A stretch of 64,000 nucleotides of DNA from Guillardia theta CCMP2712 (lineage: Eukaryota; Protista; Cryptophyta), in NCBI RefSeq assembly GCF_000315625.1, contig NW_005434545.1, positions 120,786-184,785 of the forward strand, written 5' to 3'. Both the position numbers and the translations under genes were made by a program. The number at the start of each line of letters is the position of its first letter. Within the stretch, counting starts at the first letter, position 1. Below are positions 1 through 13,749 of this stretch, one piece after another. The notes beneath the pieces are model-generated. The model was not told where the DNA came from. It ran no database searches and was given only the letters and a program-made list of their open reading frames with translations.

Positions 1-3000
1 CCAGCTGCTGATCACGGAGAGCCCGAGGTAAGCGATCAAGGCTTTCTTCTATGAGCCTCTGCCAACCCTCTCTCAGCAAATGACACAGGTTGACCAGGTC
101 AGCTCAAGTCCAGCTGCCCAAGTTGAGGCTGGATCTAATCAGTCAGGTACTCGCGTTGTCAACTTTACGATTCGGATCTGACGTGCATTGCATCTTTGCA
201 GAAGCAAAGAAAAGCCGAGCTCATCCTCGAGGAAAGTAAGAAGATGTGCATGGATGTGCCTTCTCTGAACCGTCGATCTTTATCCGTGAACTTGGTTAAA
301 CTATCTCTTGTTGTAGAGCCGTTCCAAAAGTGTTCAAGTCAAATGCGAAATCTGCTCAAGACGCTGAAAAATCAAGAGAGAAAGTCCCTAGCACAGATCA
401 ACAATTACCGTCAACGAATGAAGGCGAATCAGGTTGTCAGTTGATCTCGATTGTGTCGAAATTAGGATACTGCATATCGTGTTTTGCTTCTCTGTTATGT
501 CCTGGTTTCTGGAGTGTGTGTAACTTTTGTATTTAAGTAGCTGCTGAAGGCTCTGAAAGAGATACGGTTGCAACAACAAGAGAAGAAGAAACAATCTCGT
601 CAGCAAGAGGGCGAGATCCAGCTCAGTCATCGCGACAAACAGCTTCGTCATCAGCTGCACGAAACTCGGCTGGAGAGGGGGAGGAACAGTCCTTTGAATT
701 GGACGCCTTGGCTTCCGCAGGTACGAGAGACACTTGATCGTGAAGTGAAAGCCATTCATTTCATTCTTCCTATCCTTATCGTTTCTTTCCTTGCCACAGC
801 GAGCGCTCAGTTGAAGGAGATAAGTTCCTCAGCCCGTCGATCTCAGGAGGGCGCCAGGCCTTCTTCCTTGCCTCAAGACAACCAACAGCAAGACGAGGAT
901 CCGTAGCTGCTCCTCTTAGAGACTGGCCGTTGCTCATCGTGAGATGCAGGACGTGTGCATCGGAGGAAACGACGAGGACAAGGCGGGCTCCAAAGAGAAA
1001 TCGAAACTCAACGGCAGCTGGAGATGTTCCCAGCTCGCTTGCATCGGGACAAGTGAGTTTGACCATGAGGGGCCTCCGGCGATGGTTTGACAGGCTGGTT
1101 TCGATAGAGGGACGAGTCTGAACCTCGCACTGAAGTCTCGCCGTCTGGCACAGCACAAAACAGTCCAGCTGAGAAACCAGGTGGGCAGAACGAGCAGATT
1201 GGAAGGGAGGGGTGATATTGTCAAGCAGGCCGGAAGAAGAAGTCGAATAAGAAGAAAGCTGCAGCAGAATCACACAATGGGGACGGAGACACACAAAACG
1301 ATTCAACAACGGGCAATGAGGGTGCAAGTGTGAATGGCAAGGCAGCAGAAGGAGGAGGTTGAGAACCGATTTCATGACGTCCTCTTGACAAGTCGCAGCA
1401 GGAAAGAAGCGAAAGGCCTCGGCCAAGGGCAAAGGCGTCTCCTCTGAAAGCAACGACCCCAACGCAGAACCAGCCTCAGCTGTGCAGCCTCAGTCACCCA
1501 CAGCAGACTCTACCTCAGGCAGCACGAGCAAGAATGTCAACGGGGGCAGGAAGTCAGGTGGTCTCGTTCCTCCTGCTAGGGGATCTTGACGTGCTCACTC
1601 CGCCATGGCAGAGAAACCTCGGAACTCGCGACCTCCTTCCACCCCCGAGAAGTCGGTGGAGCAGCGGACGATCCGCGAGCTCATGCGTGACCCTTCCTAC
1701 GGCATGCCCATGTCGGCTGAGGGGCAGGTCGCCCATGCCTTGTGTTGGGCCTCGTGCCCGGTGGCTCTGACTGCACATGCAGGCCAGGGCAGAGAAACGG
1801 AGGAAACGAACTGGAGAACCGAACCAGCCGACGAGCTTTGTACGTGATTGAAGCAGACCACGAGGAACCCTGACGCGTCTGAACTTGACAGGAAAACGAC
1901 GCGCCGGAGTCCCAAGTCGACAACTCAAGTGTCATGGCCCCGCAGGTGCGCCTCTCCTCCCCCCCTTGTCGCCGCCCGGTCACGTGACCTGCTGCAGGTC
2001 CGGACGGTCGGGGGGCGCATAGTGATCGATGACAGCAGCTTGACGATCAGCAATGCGACTGAGAGGTGAAGTATCTTGTTCCATTCTCGTCTCCTGGTCT
2101 CATGCTCTGCTGCAGCAATCTCGACATGTCAGATGTACGATTTGACTGACCTTCCTCTCTCTTACATCAGCCTGCGCCCTTGTCCCTCACCTGCTTGTTC
2201 TTTTCTTTCCTCTCCTCCCTCTCTCCTCCTCTCTCCCCCTCTCTCCCCCTCTCTCCCCCTCTCTCTGCCTCTTCAACTCTCTCGTTCCTACTAGCGCCTC
2301 GTTCACTGCAGCAACAGATCGTTCTTGACCAGAGCGGTCGCGGAACCAACGCCTGGAGCAAGAAGAGGAAGGTGGGAGCTCCAGGTTTCGCTCTCCATGC
2401 TCACTCGTCGTCAGCATTGCGACCGTTGGACGGCAGAAGAAACCGAAAGATTTTACGTCGGGCTCAGAAAAGTAGATCTTCTTCCCTGCGAGGTGCTGGC
2501 CACTCACACTCTGCTCCTCAGTTCGGCCTCGACTTCCAGCTGATCGCCTCGTGGATGGGAGATCGGCGAAACGACAGGCAAGGAGGAGGAGGAGAAGAGG
2601 AGGTGGAGGAGGAGGTGGAGGAGGAGGAGGAGGAGGAGGTGGTGGTGGTGGTGGTGGAGGAGGAGGAGGAGAAGGAGGTGGTGGTGGTGGTGGAGGAGGA
2701 GGTGGTGGTGTTGTTGTGGTGGTGGTGGTTTTGTGGTGGTAACAGAACCACAGGAGACACGTGAGGAACAAGTTCAAGAAGGAGGAGCGACTCAACCTCG
2801 CTAGGATAAACCAGGTGAGACCTCTCCACGTCTTCAGCTCCTTCCTGCCCCTTACCTGCCCTCAAGGCTATCGCAAACCGCATGCCCGTCAACGACGAGG
2901 ACTGGAGGAAGGTGCGTCATAGGAGAGTCTCAGTCCGCCTTGTGAGACTAGTCCAGGTGAAAGGACTCGGACCGGAGACGCTCGGACAGAACTCCAAGTG

Positions 3001-3279
3001 GGTGGAGGAGGAGGAGGAGGAGGAGGAGGAGGAGGAGGAGGAGGAGGAGGAGAGACTTGAGACGAGGGAGGATAGCAGCATCATGCTTACAGCCGGCTTC
3101 CAGGATTCCGGCGCAAACGCCAGGAGCAGAGGAGGCTGCAGGTCTTCCAGGTATACGCACATGCTGAGGGCTGTTTATCATGCTCATCCATGTTCGAATC
3201 AGGAACGCCGAACGCTATGGAGCACGAGAGCGGAAGCGACTTGCCTGAAGACGATGCCAACGAGAGCGACGACTATTGA
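1..3279 (+). CDS. BDP1: TFIIIB subunit B'' (Bdp1)-like SANT/Myb protein, multi-exon, 5' end outside window
   Basis: Spliced exons give RWTAEETERFYVGLRK / FGLDFQLIASWMGDRRNDR / RHVRNKFKKEERLNLARINQ, matching the Bdp1 SANT domain, preceded by VRTVGGRIVIDDSSLTIS. Long low-complexity N-terminus; stop TGA at 3277-3279. Confidence 0.8.
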
Positions 3280-3419
3280 GAGGAGGAGCGACCTGTGTAC
3301 TTGTAGAATACTATACCGTAACTAAACACCAGCTGCAAGCCGTTCAATGTGTAAAGCTTTCCGGTGACGGTGTGGCCCCCTGCAGAAACTTGAAAGCCAG
3401 CTAACTTGCCAGAAACTTA

Positions 3420-3650
3420 GAGTCGGCCATGGCGCGGCCGCCCCGCCCGCGCTGCATGATGGGTCTGCCTTCAGTGTGAGTGCCAGGGCCCTGCGGCGGC
3501 GGGCTGACTCAGTTATGATCATCCTTGTTGGGCGGCCCGGGCTGGCACTCCGATGGCAGCGGCCGGGCCCCGGTTCGGGGCCCTGCTTGCGCCGGGCCCC
3601 GACCTGGTGGGGCTCCCTGGTGCCCGACTGGTGCCCGACTCACTGGCCCG
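3420..3650. promoter_or_regulatory. GC-rich GGCCC/CCGG/GACTC island upstream of a gene start (one of about 7 such islands)
   Basis: Dense GGGCCC, CCGG and TGACTC words immediately 5' of the ATG at 3713. Similar islands at about 9810, 21050, 23750, 27480, 39270 and 52370. Confidence 0.45.
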
Positions 3651-3712
3651 ACACCGTAAAGGATGAGTGGGGATGGGGGACGCATAAGTATACTGGAAAG
3701 AATGGTGGCGTG

Positions 3713-4391
3713 ATGGCGGGGAGGGAGGGGGGCGAGCGGGGAGAGGAGGATCTTTCTTCTCTTCCTCTTGTCTTGTGGAGCACAGACGACGAGTCTGAAG
3801 AGAACTCGGTAGAGAACGAGCACGAGGAAGCAGCACGAGAGTTCAGCAGAACTTTTTCTTCCCTCCTGCCCTCCAGCAAGCTAGGATTCGTCACCTATGT
3901 GGTCCGGGGAAGGGACGGGGAAGGATACTCAGCGCGAAGGGGTCAGCTCACAGAGGATTGCAGAATTATTCCGCTCCATGGCAAGTATGAGAGTTCGAGC
4001 ACAAGGGTGGATGGCTCAGACAGGATACCACGAGCAATTCGAAGTAGCAGTGTGGATAAGATCTCGACTCTGTACGACTTTGATGTCTCAATCAGCCTCG
4101 AGCAGTGGCTTTCTCTGGTCAAGCAGGAGAGCAGTAGGAAGGCTCCTCTTTCCAGGAACTGGCAGTGAGTCACGTAGACACGCTGCGTGCAAGAGTTGAA
4201 ACTCGTTCATGTAGGTCACTTCCGATCGACGAGCTGAGGCAGCTAGCGCTCGAGCGAGGGATGGGAGAGGACTCCAAGGAAGCGGAGCGAATCAAGTTAG
4301 TGAAGTTCTTGCGTGAGGTATCTGCATCCAACGCCGAGGTTTCATCGAACTGACTTTATTGCAGTGGGACCGCGAGTACAGAGTCCGCTGA
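3713..4391 (+). CDS. Hypothetical protein with possible C-terminal SAP/HeH-like helix pair
   Basis: ATG 3713, GT-AG introns, exon SLPIDELRQLALERGMGEDSKEAERIKLVKFLRE|WDREYRVR*. Confidence 0.45.
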
Positions 4392-4418
4392 TGCCTGCTG
4401 GTCGTTAGATCCGCGGGT

Positions 4419-6335
4419 TCAAGAAGTCAGGGATTGGAATGCGAATCCTGCGCGCCATGTAAGAATGTATCCATAAAGACACAGACATCTCGTCACTGGA
4501 ATCCGTTGGTGAACAACTTGTGTGCGATATCCAGCGCCTGGCAGGGGTGGACTGGGTCAAGTTCTACCAACCCCGAGAATGGCAGCAACCTTCAAGGCCC
4601 AAGGGCGCGCTTTCTCCCAGAACTCCAGGATCTGCGTGTTCCTCTCACTCTCAACCCCCTCTCCTTCCTCGCAGCAGTAACCTTGTTCTTCATCTTCTCA
4701 TGCGCCTTGGCTGGAGGGAGAGGCTTCTTTGCAGTAACGTACCTGCCCCGTGGTGTCAGGGTTGTGGGTGATCTCGTTCAGCAGGAAGCAACGAGGCAAC
4801 CACAGGCTCTCCCTACCAGGTTCGCTTCACATTGAAATCGTCGCGCGGAGATGTTCCATTCGGGCTGACCTGGGAGGGGGTTGGAATTTCAGCCTTCACA
4901 ATATCGAAGAGCGGGAGGTATTCTGAGTCACATAGCTCAGATCCCATCCTTCTGCGATCTCTGGATTGCCGAGCTCCTACGAGAAGGTGAACGAGACAAG
5001 TCGAGGGAAAAGCTCCAACTCAGCAGTACACCTGTTCAGCTACGTCTGTCCAGCCCCAAGTCTCCAAGAATCGTGCTGGGGAGTCAGTTCCCCATTGCCA
5101 ACGGCTCCCATTCGTTGCCGCCGCTGCACTCACAGCACTCAACCCGATCCCTTGCGCAAACATGTCAAGACCAGACATCTTGTACGATCGCAACTTACGG
5201 GACCCGGGTGCTGTTACGTTGGAAATCTGGGTCATGATCCTCTGCACATCGTCTTCTACCTGTTGGCACCACGTGCATCAGAAGATAGGGGGCAGGACAT
5301 TTGCGGGAGGTTCAACTCACAAAGTAGTAGAGAAATCCTTCGAGTAGGAAACACGATGGGTATTGTGACTGGAAGCCGTATCCTGCCGTGACTCTAGTCA
5401 GACGGACCTCAGCTCGTAAAGGGCCCTCACTCTTCAATACGCTCATCCAGTCCTCAACCATGACGTCAACGCCGATACGGAAAGTGAGCGGGAGCTTCAT
5501 GCTTCGGGCCTTCAAGTACCAACGCACGTGACAAGTCAAGTTGAGTCGTTCAACATGGCTGTGGTCACCATGTGAGAGTCCATCCCGGCTCGTCTCAAGA
5601 TGCTGTTCTTCTTGTTGATGATCTCGGGGAGGTCAAGCTCCCAGATCGTCAGCCGCTGCCCGTCCATCAGCTCTCTTGGCGTCGAGGGTGGAACCTCCGC
5701 CCAACGGAAATCCCGACCCCGCAAAGCCCTCGCATCAAACCCGGCGCCGATCAACACAACCTGTTGGTGTCATGTGATGCGACAGTAGAGAAGCAGCTGT
5801 AACCTCTTACCTGCTTGATTCCAAGCTCATGTACTGCTTCGAAGATCAACTTATCAAAGAATTTCGTCCGAACGGCAATGCGTGCAAGCTTTGGGGGTTC
5901 TAGTTTGACAGTTTCCTCAAGCTTCGAAGGACACGTATCTCTTGCAAACAGAGCTGCGTAGGGATCGTCGATAAAGGACTGATTCACCAAACTAACAATG
6001 CAACCACCATCAGACGCAAGGATACGGAGCTTTCTCAGAATCAATCTTTACCTCACTGCTGCTCTGTATGCAGCTATGGAGCCCGCTGTTGCTGTGATGT
6101 TCAATCCAGTGTCCTCCAAGTACCTATCTGCTCCCTTCCATGCCCTCCCTGCTGATGGTTCGGCCATGGTGGAACTTCCGCCCCTTAGAGCCTTGAGTGC
6201 ATACTGTGCTTGCAAACAGGAGCCCGCAGGAGCATCGCAGTTCACTGTTCCTACACCGAGAAAGACAAGGAGGAGGAGATGTTGCGGCCATGAGCTCTTG
6301 CTTGCTCTATATTCTTCTCTCCCTCTTCTCACCAT
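4419..6335 (-). CDS. SAM-dependent methyltransferase, LCM/TIGR00027-like, with signal-like leader ending ALRGG (3' end uncertain)
   Basis: Exons TATAGSIAAYRAA, FIDDPYAALFA, RIAVRTKFFD, VLIGAGFDARA, IWELDLPEI, GFQSQYPSCFLLEGFLYYF, GTDSPARFLETWGW occur in the order expected for the family. Confidence 0.8.
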
Positions 6336-6981
6336 GTCGCCTCCTCCGTTCCCCGCCATGCCGACAGGATCTGGCAGGAAAGTAGACCGGGCGCCCGAAC
6401 GTCAGTGGAAAGGCAGCAAAAATATATGGTACATAATGTAATATAAGTTATATACTGTCCTGGTCCATGTCCAATTTAATTTGCTGAGGCGGTTTCCCCT
6501 TCTTCCTCGCTCATTCTTTTAGTCAGCGCACTGAAAAATGGTGACCAGGTAGCTCGCCCATGCCCTCGTCCTCCTGTCATGCTTCTACCCCCCTTCCTCT
6601 GTCCTTGCCGTCCTCGACATCCTTCTCTTCTGCGCCTTCATCTCTCCCCTCCTCCTGCGTTCTCCTCCTCTCTGAGTTTCCTTGGTTTCGTCGTTTGTTC
6701 TGGCGTGCAGGCTGTGACCTCTCTATCGTCTGGTATGATGATGGGAGGGATGAAAGGGAGGACGGACGAGAGGGCATGAAATATTTCATGTCATGCGATG
6801 TTGGACTAGAAGTGAGGGGGAGATGGAGAGAGGAGACACAGACACAGGCACAGGCACAGGGAAAAAGTGGATCGAATCAGATCGCGTTCTAGCTGACAGC
6901 TCTTCGTGTAGGTGTGGAAGAGACAGCTCCGGAGACTGTGATCGGATGAAGATGAAAGCAAGATGAGGAGCTAATAACGAA

Positions 6982-8276
6982 ATGTCGAGCAACCCATCAG
7001 ATCCCTTCACACTGTGGCTGTCCAAGCTGGACAGCATGTCATCAGACTTGCAAACTGAGCAGAGAGAAGTTGGGCTTGCTGGGTCAGGCATGGACAACCT
7101 CAAGTCATGGTTCACCGACTCGATGCCGGCACAACTGACCAACAAGCATCATTCGGATGGAGATCTGATAAAATCACTGCAAAAGCTGGTGAGACCTTTG
7201 TGATGATGAAGAGAAGTTTGTGACTTGGGTGCACTGAACGGCGTAGACGGCGCGAACCTTCGATCCTGTGGAGCCGATGTCGTGCTTCCATCCTCCTTCC
7301 ATCTTCTGCTGACGCGCTCCTTCAACAGGAAATCGAATAGCAACAGCTGGCCCTGGCCATCTCAACAAGATCACGACGCCAGAGAACAGCCTGTAATTGC
7401 ACGTGTCACCGAGTATCATGAGCTGAAATTTTGAAGTTGCTGGCCAAACTCAAGCCGAGTGGTCCGCCGAAAACTCTTTGCAGGTTCAAAAGAGGAGGAG
7501 GATTGGTGTGCCTTGTTATCGTTGAGCTCGCTATGCAACAGAGATCTGCCCAAGAAAACTTCCAATCCTTACGCTCACAGCGTGCTGCGCACTCCTTCCG
7601 CCGTGGCCATGGCTTCGAGAATAGAGGCCGAGGAAAGGATTCGTTCCCTTGAGATCTTCGTCTGCCTCATTTTCCTCTCTCCAGGTCTTTGTCGAGCAGC
7701 CCAACTCTTGGCGCACGCCTGATCCTACCCCTCGCTATTCAGCTCGAGAGCATCGCAGCGAGGAGGTGCTGAAGACTTCAAGGAGGTGAGCGAAGGGGAA
7801 GGAGTGAGAGGTTGCAGAGGATAGACAAGGATCAACGACGGGAGGAGCGCGGGAGTGCATCAGTGTAGCGTTTCGCTGTCATGGTTGACTGTGCTGGACA
7901 GTTTGCACAGTGCTTTCAACTCCAAACTCAATTCCAGGGACGATATTACCATCCTGTCCGGAGAAAGATTTGTAGAGAGTTTGGATCTCCCCAAGTCAGC
8001 CAGATCTCCGAGCAAGTCTGTAGATCTCGAAGGCATCAAGAATCAGGTTTTCATCGTCCACTCGACGCCGAGTCAATTGACATCATTTCAGGTTAGGAAG
8101 CTCTCGTCGCACTTGTCTCCTCAAACGCGATCTTATGAGTGAGTCAATCATGAGTGGATGAGTTTTACATACTGTTGTGCTGACTTCGCATGGTGCGCTT
8201 CAAGAAACGGTCCCATGACACCATCATCCCAACAGCAACTCTGCCGAGACATCACGCCAGGAATGAGGTGAACTAA
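6982..8276 (+). CDS. Hypothetical multi-exon protein (3' end uncertain)
   Basis: ORF MSSNPSDPFTLWLSKLDS...LQKL ends at a GTGAG donor; further exon-like segments follow. No family recognised. Confidence 0.4.
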
Positions 8277-8563
8277 CTGTCATCGCCGCTTTGATGTTGA
8301 TTCAAGCTTGCAACTTAGGAACGGGGAGCTGTGGCATCAAGACCTTCAAAAACGACTGGAGAATCTCCTCTCACCCCTCAACTCATGGAAATGACCGCAT
8401 GAGTCCATATTCTTTCACTTTACATTTCTTTTCTGTAAAACAACAAAATATCCCCTCTGAGACATTTGTATGCGAAAACCTCAAACACTGCTCATATGTC
8501 GCTCGCTCGCAAAATCAAAACATACATGGACGCCTTTCCAAGTTTTATTTTCAAAAAATTGGC

Positions 8564-9719
8564 TTAGATGATTCCAATCTTGTTGGCAACATCGAGAGCA
8601 TCAAAATCCTGTGTCAAGCGCACATATGCCTTCTTGACCCCGTCCGGTCGTACAAGAGTGTTAACCTTGGAGCAGGAAATATCGTACATCTTTTTAACTG
8701 CTTGAGAGATCTGGCGCTTATTGGCACGGACATCGGTGATGAAGACAAGGGTGTTGTTGTCTTCGATCTTCTTCATCGCAGACTCAGTAGTTAGAGGGTA
8801 CCTGCATCTCCGTCACACAGACCACCTCCTCTCCCTCTCCTCCTCTCTCACTTAATAATCTGGAATTGGTCGAGCTTGTTAGCCTTGGGGGCAGACTTGC
8901 GCAAGTACTTGGGGGCCCTGGGCTTCTTGAGGGTCTTGGGGCGGTGGAAGGTGGTGTTCCTCCTCACTTTCGTGGGCTTCTTTGACCTGAGCCCCTCCTT
9001 GACAGCCTTCGCGGCCTTGGTGGCTTTGGCAGCTGGGGCACCCTGAACCAATCAAAGTCAAAGAGCGCAATGCTGAAAATCTTCCTTTCACACACGCATG
9101 AATGAATGATTAGAGCAACCGTACCAGAAGTCACAACCAACTCATAGAACACTGAATGATCATGGCCAAGTTTCAAACAGAACCCTTGTTGCACCCTTAG
9201 AAACGAATCCAACGAGCAACGCTCACGAGCTCATCGCAATCAAGAAACGCATGAACGGTACAGATTTTTGCAGAAACCACATTTTCCTTACATCTTAGCA
9301 CCACATCTCAGCACCATTCCATCACTTTGCCTCACTTCTTCATTCAATGCTCATCAGGATCCCGTGCAAATTGACATCCCCCATGCAAGTCCCAGTTCAT
9401 CAAACGAATTTCTTCTCTTCCTCTCTCAAGTTTGGCAAGCGCATCAGAAACAATGCATGCCTTAGAAACACCTCATGAACTTTTCGAGCAACATTCATAC
9501 TCTCATCCCTCATCTTCACCCACATCCTTCAATCTTCCTCATGCATTCCCCCAGTCTGGCTTCACTCCTCCTCAACAACACACTCAACAACCTGGCAGAT
9601 GACTCTCTCAACGCTCGCTCCATCTACTTCCTATGTCACCTCTCCAAGCTTTGGCCATAGCCCTCTCTCTCCCTTTCGCCATCCTCCCTCACCTTGGCGG
9701 TCGCAGGCTTCTTGGGCAT
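8564..9719 (-). CDS. RPL23A: 60S ribosomal protein L23a (uL23)
   Basis: Exon 1 MPKKPATAK (9693-9719), then [17 protein letters not shown]...KLDQFQIIK|[20 protein letters not shown]...[17 protein letters not shown]...DVANKIGII*. Confidence 0.97.
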
Positions 9720-10137
9720 GGCGCTTGTGAAGAGCACGAGGGCACGAGAGAAAAAAAAGCGAGAGAAACGTTACAAATGTAACCACCAGCGTTAAATTTT
9801 GTAACTGCTTTCGGGGCCAGGGGCGGGCCCGGGCGATTACAACGTTGCTCGCTTTTATGCCTTGTGAGGGTAGGTTTGGAAAATTCTTCAGTAAATTTGT
9901 AATTATTGAAAAATATTTGAAATTATTTTCAGGACCCGGCCTTGTTTGTGAGTTTGTGAGGATTTCTTGACTGGCCTTGAGACCCCCTTGAAGTTTGCCC
10001 TGCCATGTTGCCAAAGCCCACGGCACGAGCAGCAAGCGGGAGTAGCGGCAGAGAGTGGCAGCAGCAGCACAAGGACTGTATGTGCATGAGACGACCAGGC
10101 AGATAAGGACACTGAAGAGATCACAGCATACGCGAGC

Positions 10138-13100
10138 ATGAAGGACCTTCACGCAAAGCTGCTCAAGGAGTTCAGAAGCTTCGCTCGCTTGTCTTCCTGG
10201 CCTTTGCGTCAAACTCTGGCATGCGGGCTCTCATGCTTGATCAACCTTGAGGGGGACAACAAAATTTTTGGTGCGAAAATTTTCGCACCTCTAGTATCTC
10301 TTGTATGCATCACTCCACACCTTGGTTCGACTCTCAAGACATGCGAGATGGCCGTGCTAGGTCTGGTCGTGGCAGCAATCCTGGGGTTCCCCATGGCTTT
10401 TATCATCACGCCGAACCTGCTCGTGCTTCATGTTCTCCTGACAGTCTCCAGCATCCTGATCCTCCTGCCCTCTCTGAATCCCTTGACAGCGAAACTGGCT
10501 TTGGTCATCCTCACTGTGCTTTTGACCTCTGCACGAGAGGATGAATCTAGCCTGCAGAGGCAGTGCTGCGGTTCCCCGCTGCAGGATCTCGCATCAGCTG
10601 CTGCAGGTCTGCTGGCTGCGTTGGTGGTAGCTCTGCTCCCTCTCCCAGGAAGCCGGGCCCGCAACATCGCTGAGAGCACTATGGCGGAGGCTGAAACGAA
10701 TGCGGCAAATGCAGCAGCCCTGCTTTGCCATTCCATTGGAGCAGGAAGGAGCAAGAGGGCGATCCTCGCAGCGCATGCACAGATTCTGATCGTTAAGTCT
10801 GTGCGATGCCAAGAGAGGGTCAGGATGCTCCTGCCAGATGTCTCATGGGAACTGCACTTGTTCGCACTGCTGCGCTTTCCTGACCGCTTGTTCTACTCGA
10901 GCATGGAAGAGCCGAGCCATCTGATCGACCACATTGCCAAGCGCCTGGAGCAACTGTCTCGAGTCGATGCTGCTCTCTTTGGCATCCTGCGATGCCTCAA
11001 CAACGACAACTACGAGGACTCGGTCGTAGCTTCCTGGTCCACCATCCAGCGATCCGACTCCATGGAGCTCCAGAGCGACTTTATCACCCAGCGGAACTGG
11101 GACGGATGGGAGCACATTGCAGCCGTCAAGGCTCTGCACATCAGCGTGCAGACACAGCTGGAGGTGCTGCGCACTGGCATCGTCGACGCCACTGAGAACT
11201 TGGGGCAAGTTTTCAGCGAGTTGGCGGTGGTGAGGGGCTACGAGAACAGGTTGAAGATCATCGCAGACCTGGAGCAGGTGACGCCTCTTGTTGTAAGTTC
11301 CTCCTGTCGTCCTGCTCGCTGACCCCGTCGCAGGCTGTCAAGCTCCTCGACAGGGCCACTTACGACGCGAGGAAAAAGGCCTTCTACAGCAGTGGGAACG
11401 ATCACACCGAGCAAGCGATCGCGGCGCTCGGGCCCCCGACCTCTCGACTTTTTCTCCTGTACCCTTGTGCTCTGCACCTGCTGCCTCAGGTTGAACCTGC
11501 CCTTCCAGGTTCTGCATCATGGAGGTGGGAAAGATCTGGACGGACATCTCTCCACCTGTGCGAGCTCCCAAGAGCCTCATCAGCGATCGAATTCGCTCCA
11601 TGTGGATTGACTTCAGCCGTTCTCGAATCCTCTACGTCTTCAAACTCACCCTGGCCATCAACTTAGCGCTGGCTGCAGGAATATACTGCACAGGTGATGT
11701 TGTCTCCCCTCCTCCATCTCTGTCTCATCCCCGCAGGCTCGGGCATGTGGGCGGCGGTGGCCGTATGCATGGTAGGGCCTCGATCCCTCATGGAGGTCGG
11801 AGGAAGCTTTCGCGCTGCGAAGCTGCGTTTGAGTGGAACAGGAGGAGGAGCGATCTTTGCTGCCGTCGTGATGATCCTCGTTCAGTCTGTAACTCTGGAG
11901 ATTGGCCACTTCCTCCTCATCCTCCCTTGGGTCTTCGTCATGGGCTATCTCCGCCACAACGTGTCCATTGCGTATGGAGCTTTTATAGCCCAGGTGAACC
12001 CATGAGCTCCCAACTGTCCTGCCCTCCAACTCCTTCGCTCTCTCACCTCCCCTTGGCCTGTTCCTCTCGCTCCCGCTCGAACTCTTCTCAATTCTAACCA
12101 GCTGAGTTCACAGGTGACTCCCTTTCTCATGATGCAGAACTCGCTGATCAGCTACACGAGCGTTGAGAGCTGGGTGTACCGCAGAATCTCTCAGAACTTC
12201 TTGGGTGTTATCATCTACATCGCCATCGAGGTTCTCATCAAACCTGTTCGCGCCCTGTCCATCTTTGAGGTGCAACTCGGAAAGAACTTGAGAAACATTG
12301 CGTCTGCCATCGACACCATCATGCACGAGAACTTGGGGGCTCTTTGCTGCGAGTGCAGGTCGAGTTATGCGCAGAAAGCCTCCTCGCTGCTCTCTTCCTT
12401 GTATCAGGGGATGAAGATGCAGAAGAATCTGGTAAGACACACAGATTCTGCCCCTCCCATGTCCTCGCTGACGCCAGCTGTTTGCTCGGCAAGATGTTTG
12501 AGGTCTACGATGAGCCCAGCTGGTTGATGAGCAGCGCTATCCCTCCTCGGGCGGTGGAGACTTTCTTGGAGAAGGTTGCGGACACATCTGTACGTTGCCT
12601 GCCTTCTCACTCCTCCTCTCCTTCTGCTGCAGAGCATAGAAAGTGTCGACCGACTGCTAGGAATCATGCAAATGGTACGCAAGCTTCATGTCAACGTCGG
12701 GCTGACTCCTTGCTTGCTACAGGTCCTCTCCAACTGGACGCGCGAATGCGCTGATAGCCCCGAAGACATGGCTCAATTCCTTTTTCCGCTCAAGGACCCA
12801 CTGCTGAAGGTGAACCTCTTTCCCCCCCTTCTCCCTTCCGTGCTCCTTCCCTCAAACTCCTTCTCTCTTACCTCGCCCCTGAGTCATTTTCTCCTCGCAG
12901 CTCAAATCCATTATGGTCGCCTGGTACGAGTCCCTCGCTGAGCGTGCAGAGAGTCACACGCACGACTCCCGCAACGAGCTCAAAGCGGTCAGACTCTGCC
13001 CTCTCATCCTGCTACCTCCATCTCCGTCAGCTCTCTGCTACCTCCCCCTCATTCTTCCTTCTTCCTCGTCCCTCGTTCAACCTCCTCCCCCTCGTGACAT

Positions 13101-13749
13101 CACACGCAGATCGAGATCTCCTCGCAGGTCCATGCATGCGTGACAGCGCTGGAGAAGCAGCACGCTTCTGCCTGTGCGAAGATCATCAAGAGCATTCGGA
13201 GCGAGAAGAGCGGATCGAGCGAGGGCAGCGAGGGAAGCTCCTCTATCAGGGACAAGGTCCCCACTAACGACACAATCCTCCCACTGAGCGCCATCCTCTA
13301 CTGCACGCGAGCTCTCTCCAAAGTCTCGGAAGGTGACGCATGCTCCACTGCCCCTCAGGCCTCTGCTTGTCTGACTTGTGCTGCTGCTAGAGGTCGCATT
13401 CGGCATGCGAGAGCTCTCCATCTCCGTCAACCCGGACTTCTCGATCCTAAAGGATCATCACAACATTCAGAGAGGCAACCTGGCCGAGGAAGTGGCGAAC
13501 ACCCTCGCCGACGCCAACGGCGAGATCTCCTCCACCACGTTGGCAACGTCGAGGATCTCCTTCGAGCTGGGGTTTGTCAACGGGAATCACTCGCTGACTG
13601 ACTTGAGGGGCATGGAGGCTGACCCCCTCGTACGAGGGTCCAACTTGCGAGACTCGAACGAAATCGCTCTCGAAGTCTCCCCCGACAGGTCTCAAGGGGA
13701 ATCCGAGCAGGAGTATGTCCTCTGCCGCCGCTGCCAGAAGAGAATATGA
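10138..13749 (+). CDS. FUSC / aromatic acid exporter-like multi-pass membrane protein
   Basis: Two hydrophobic blocks. The second reads FKLTLAINLALAAG...WAAVAVCMVG...GGSFRAAKLRLSGTGGGAIFA...YGAFIAQ...RRISQNFLGVIIYIAIEVLIKP, typical of FUSC_2. Confidence 0.75.

Noticed and set aside
2180-2892. Poly-Pro/Gly/Glu/Ser ORFs in the six-frame track
   Set aside because: Translations of intronic (GGA/GGT)n microsatellites; the same applies to many ORFs at 54-64 kb.
4434-5391. Plus-strand SET/PHD-like gene (GGRGFFAV...)
   Set aside because: Better explained as antisense to the C-terminal exons of the LCM methyltransferase.
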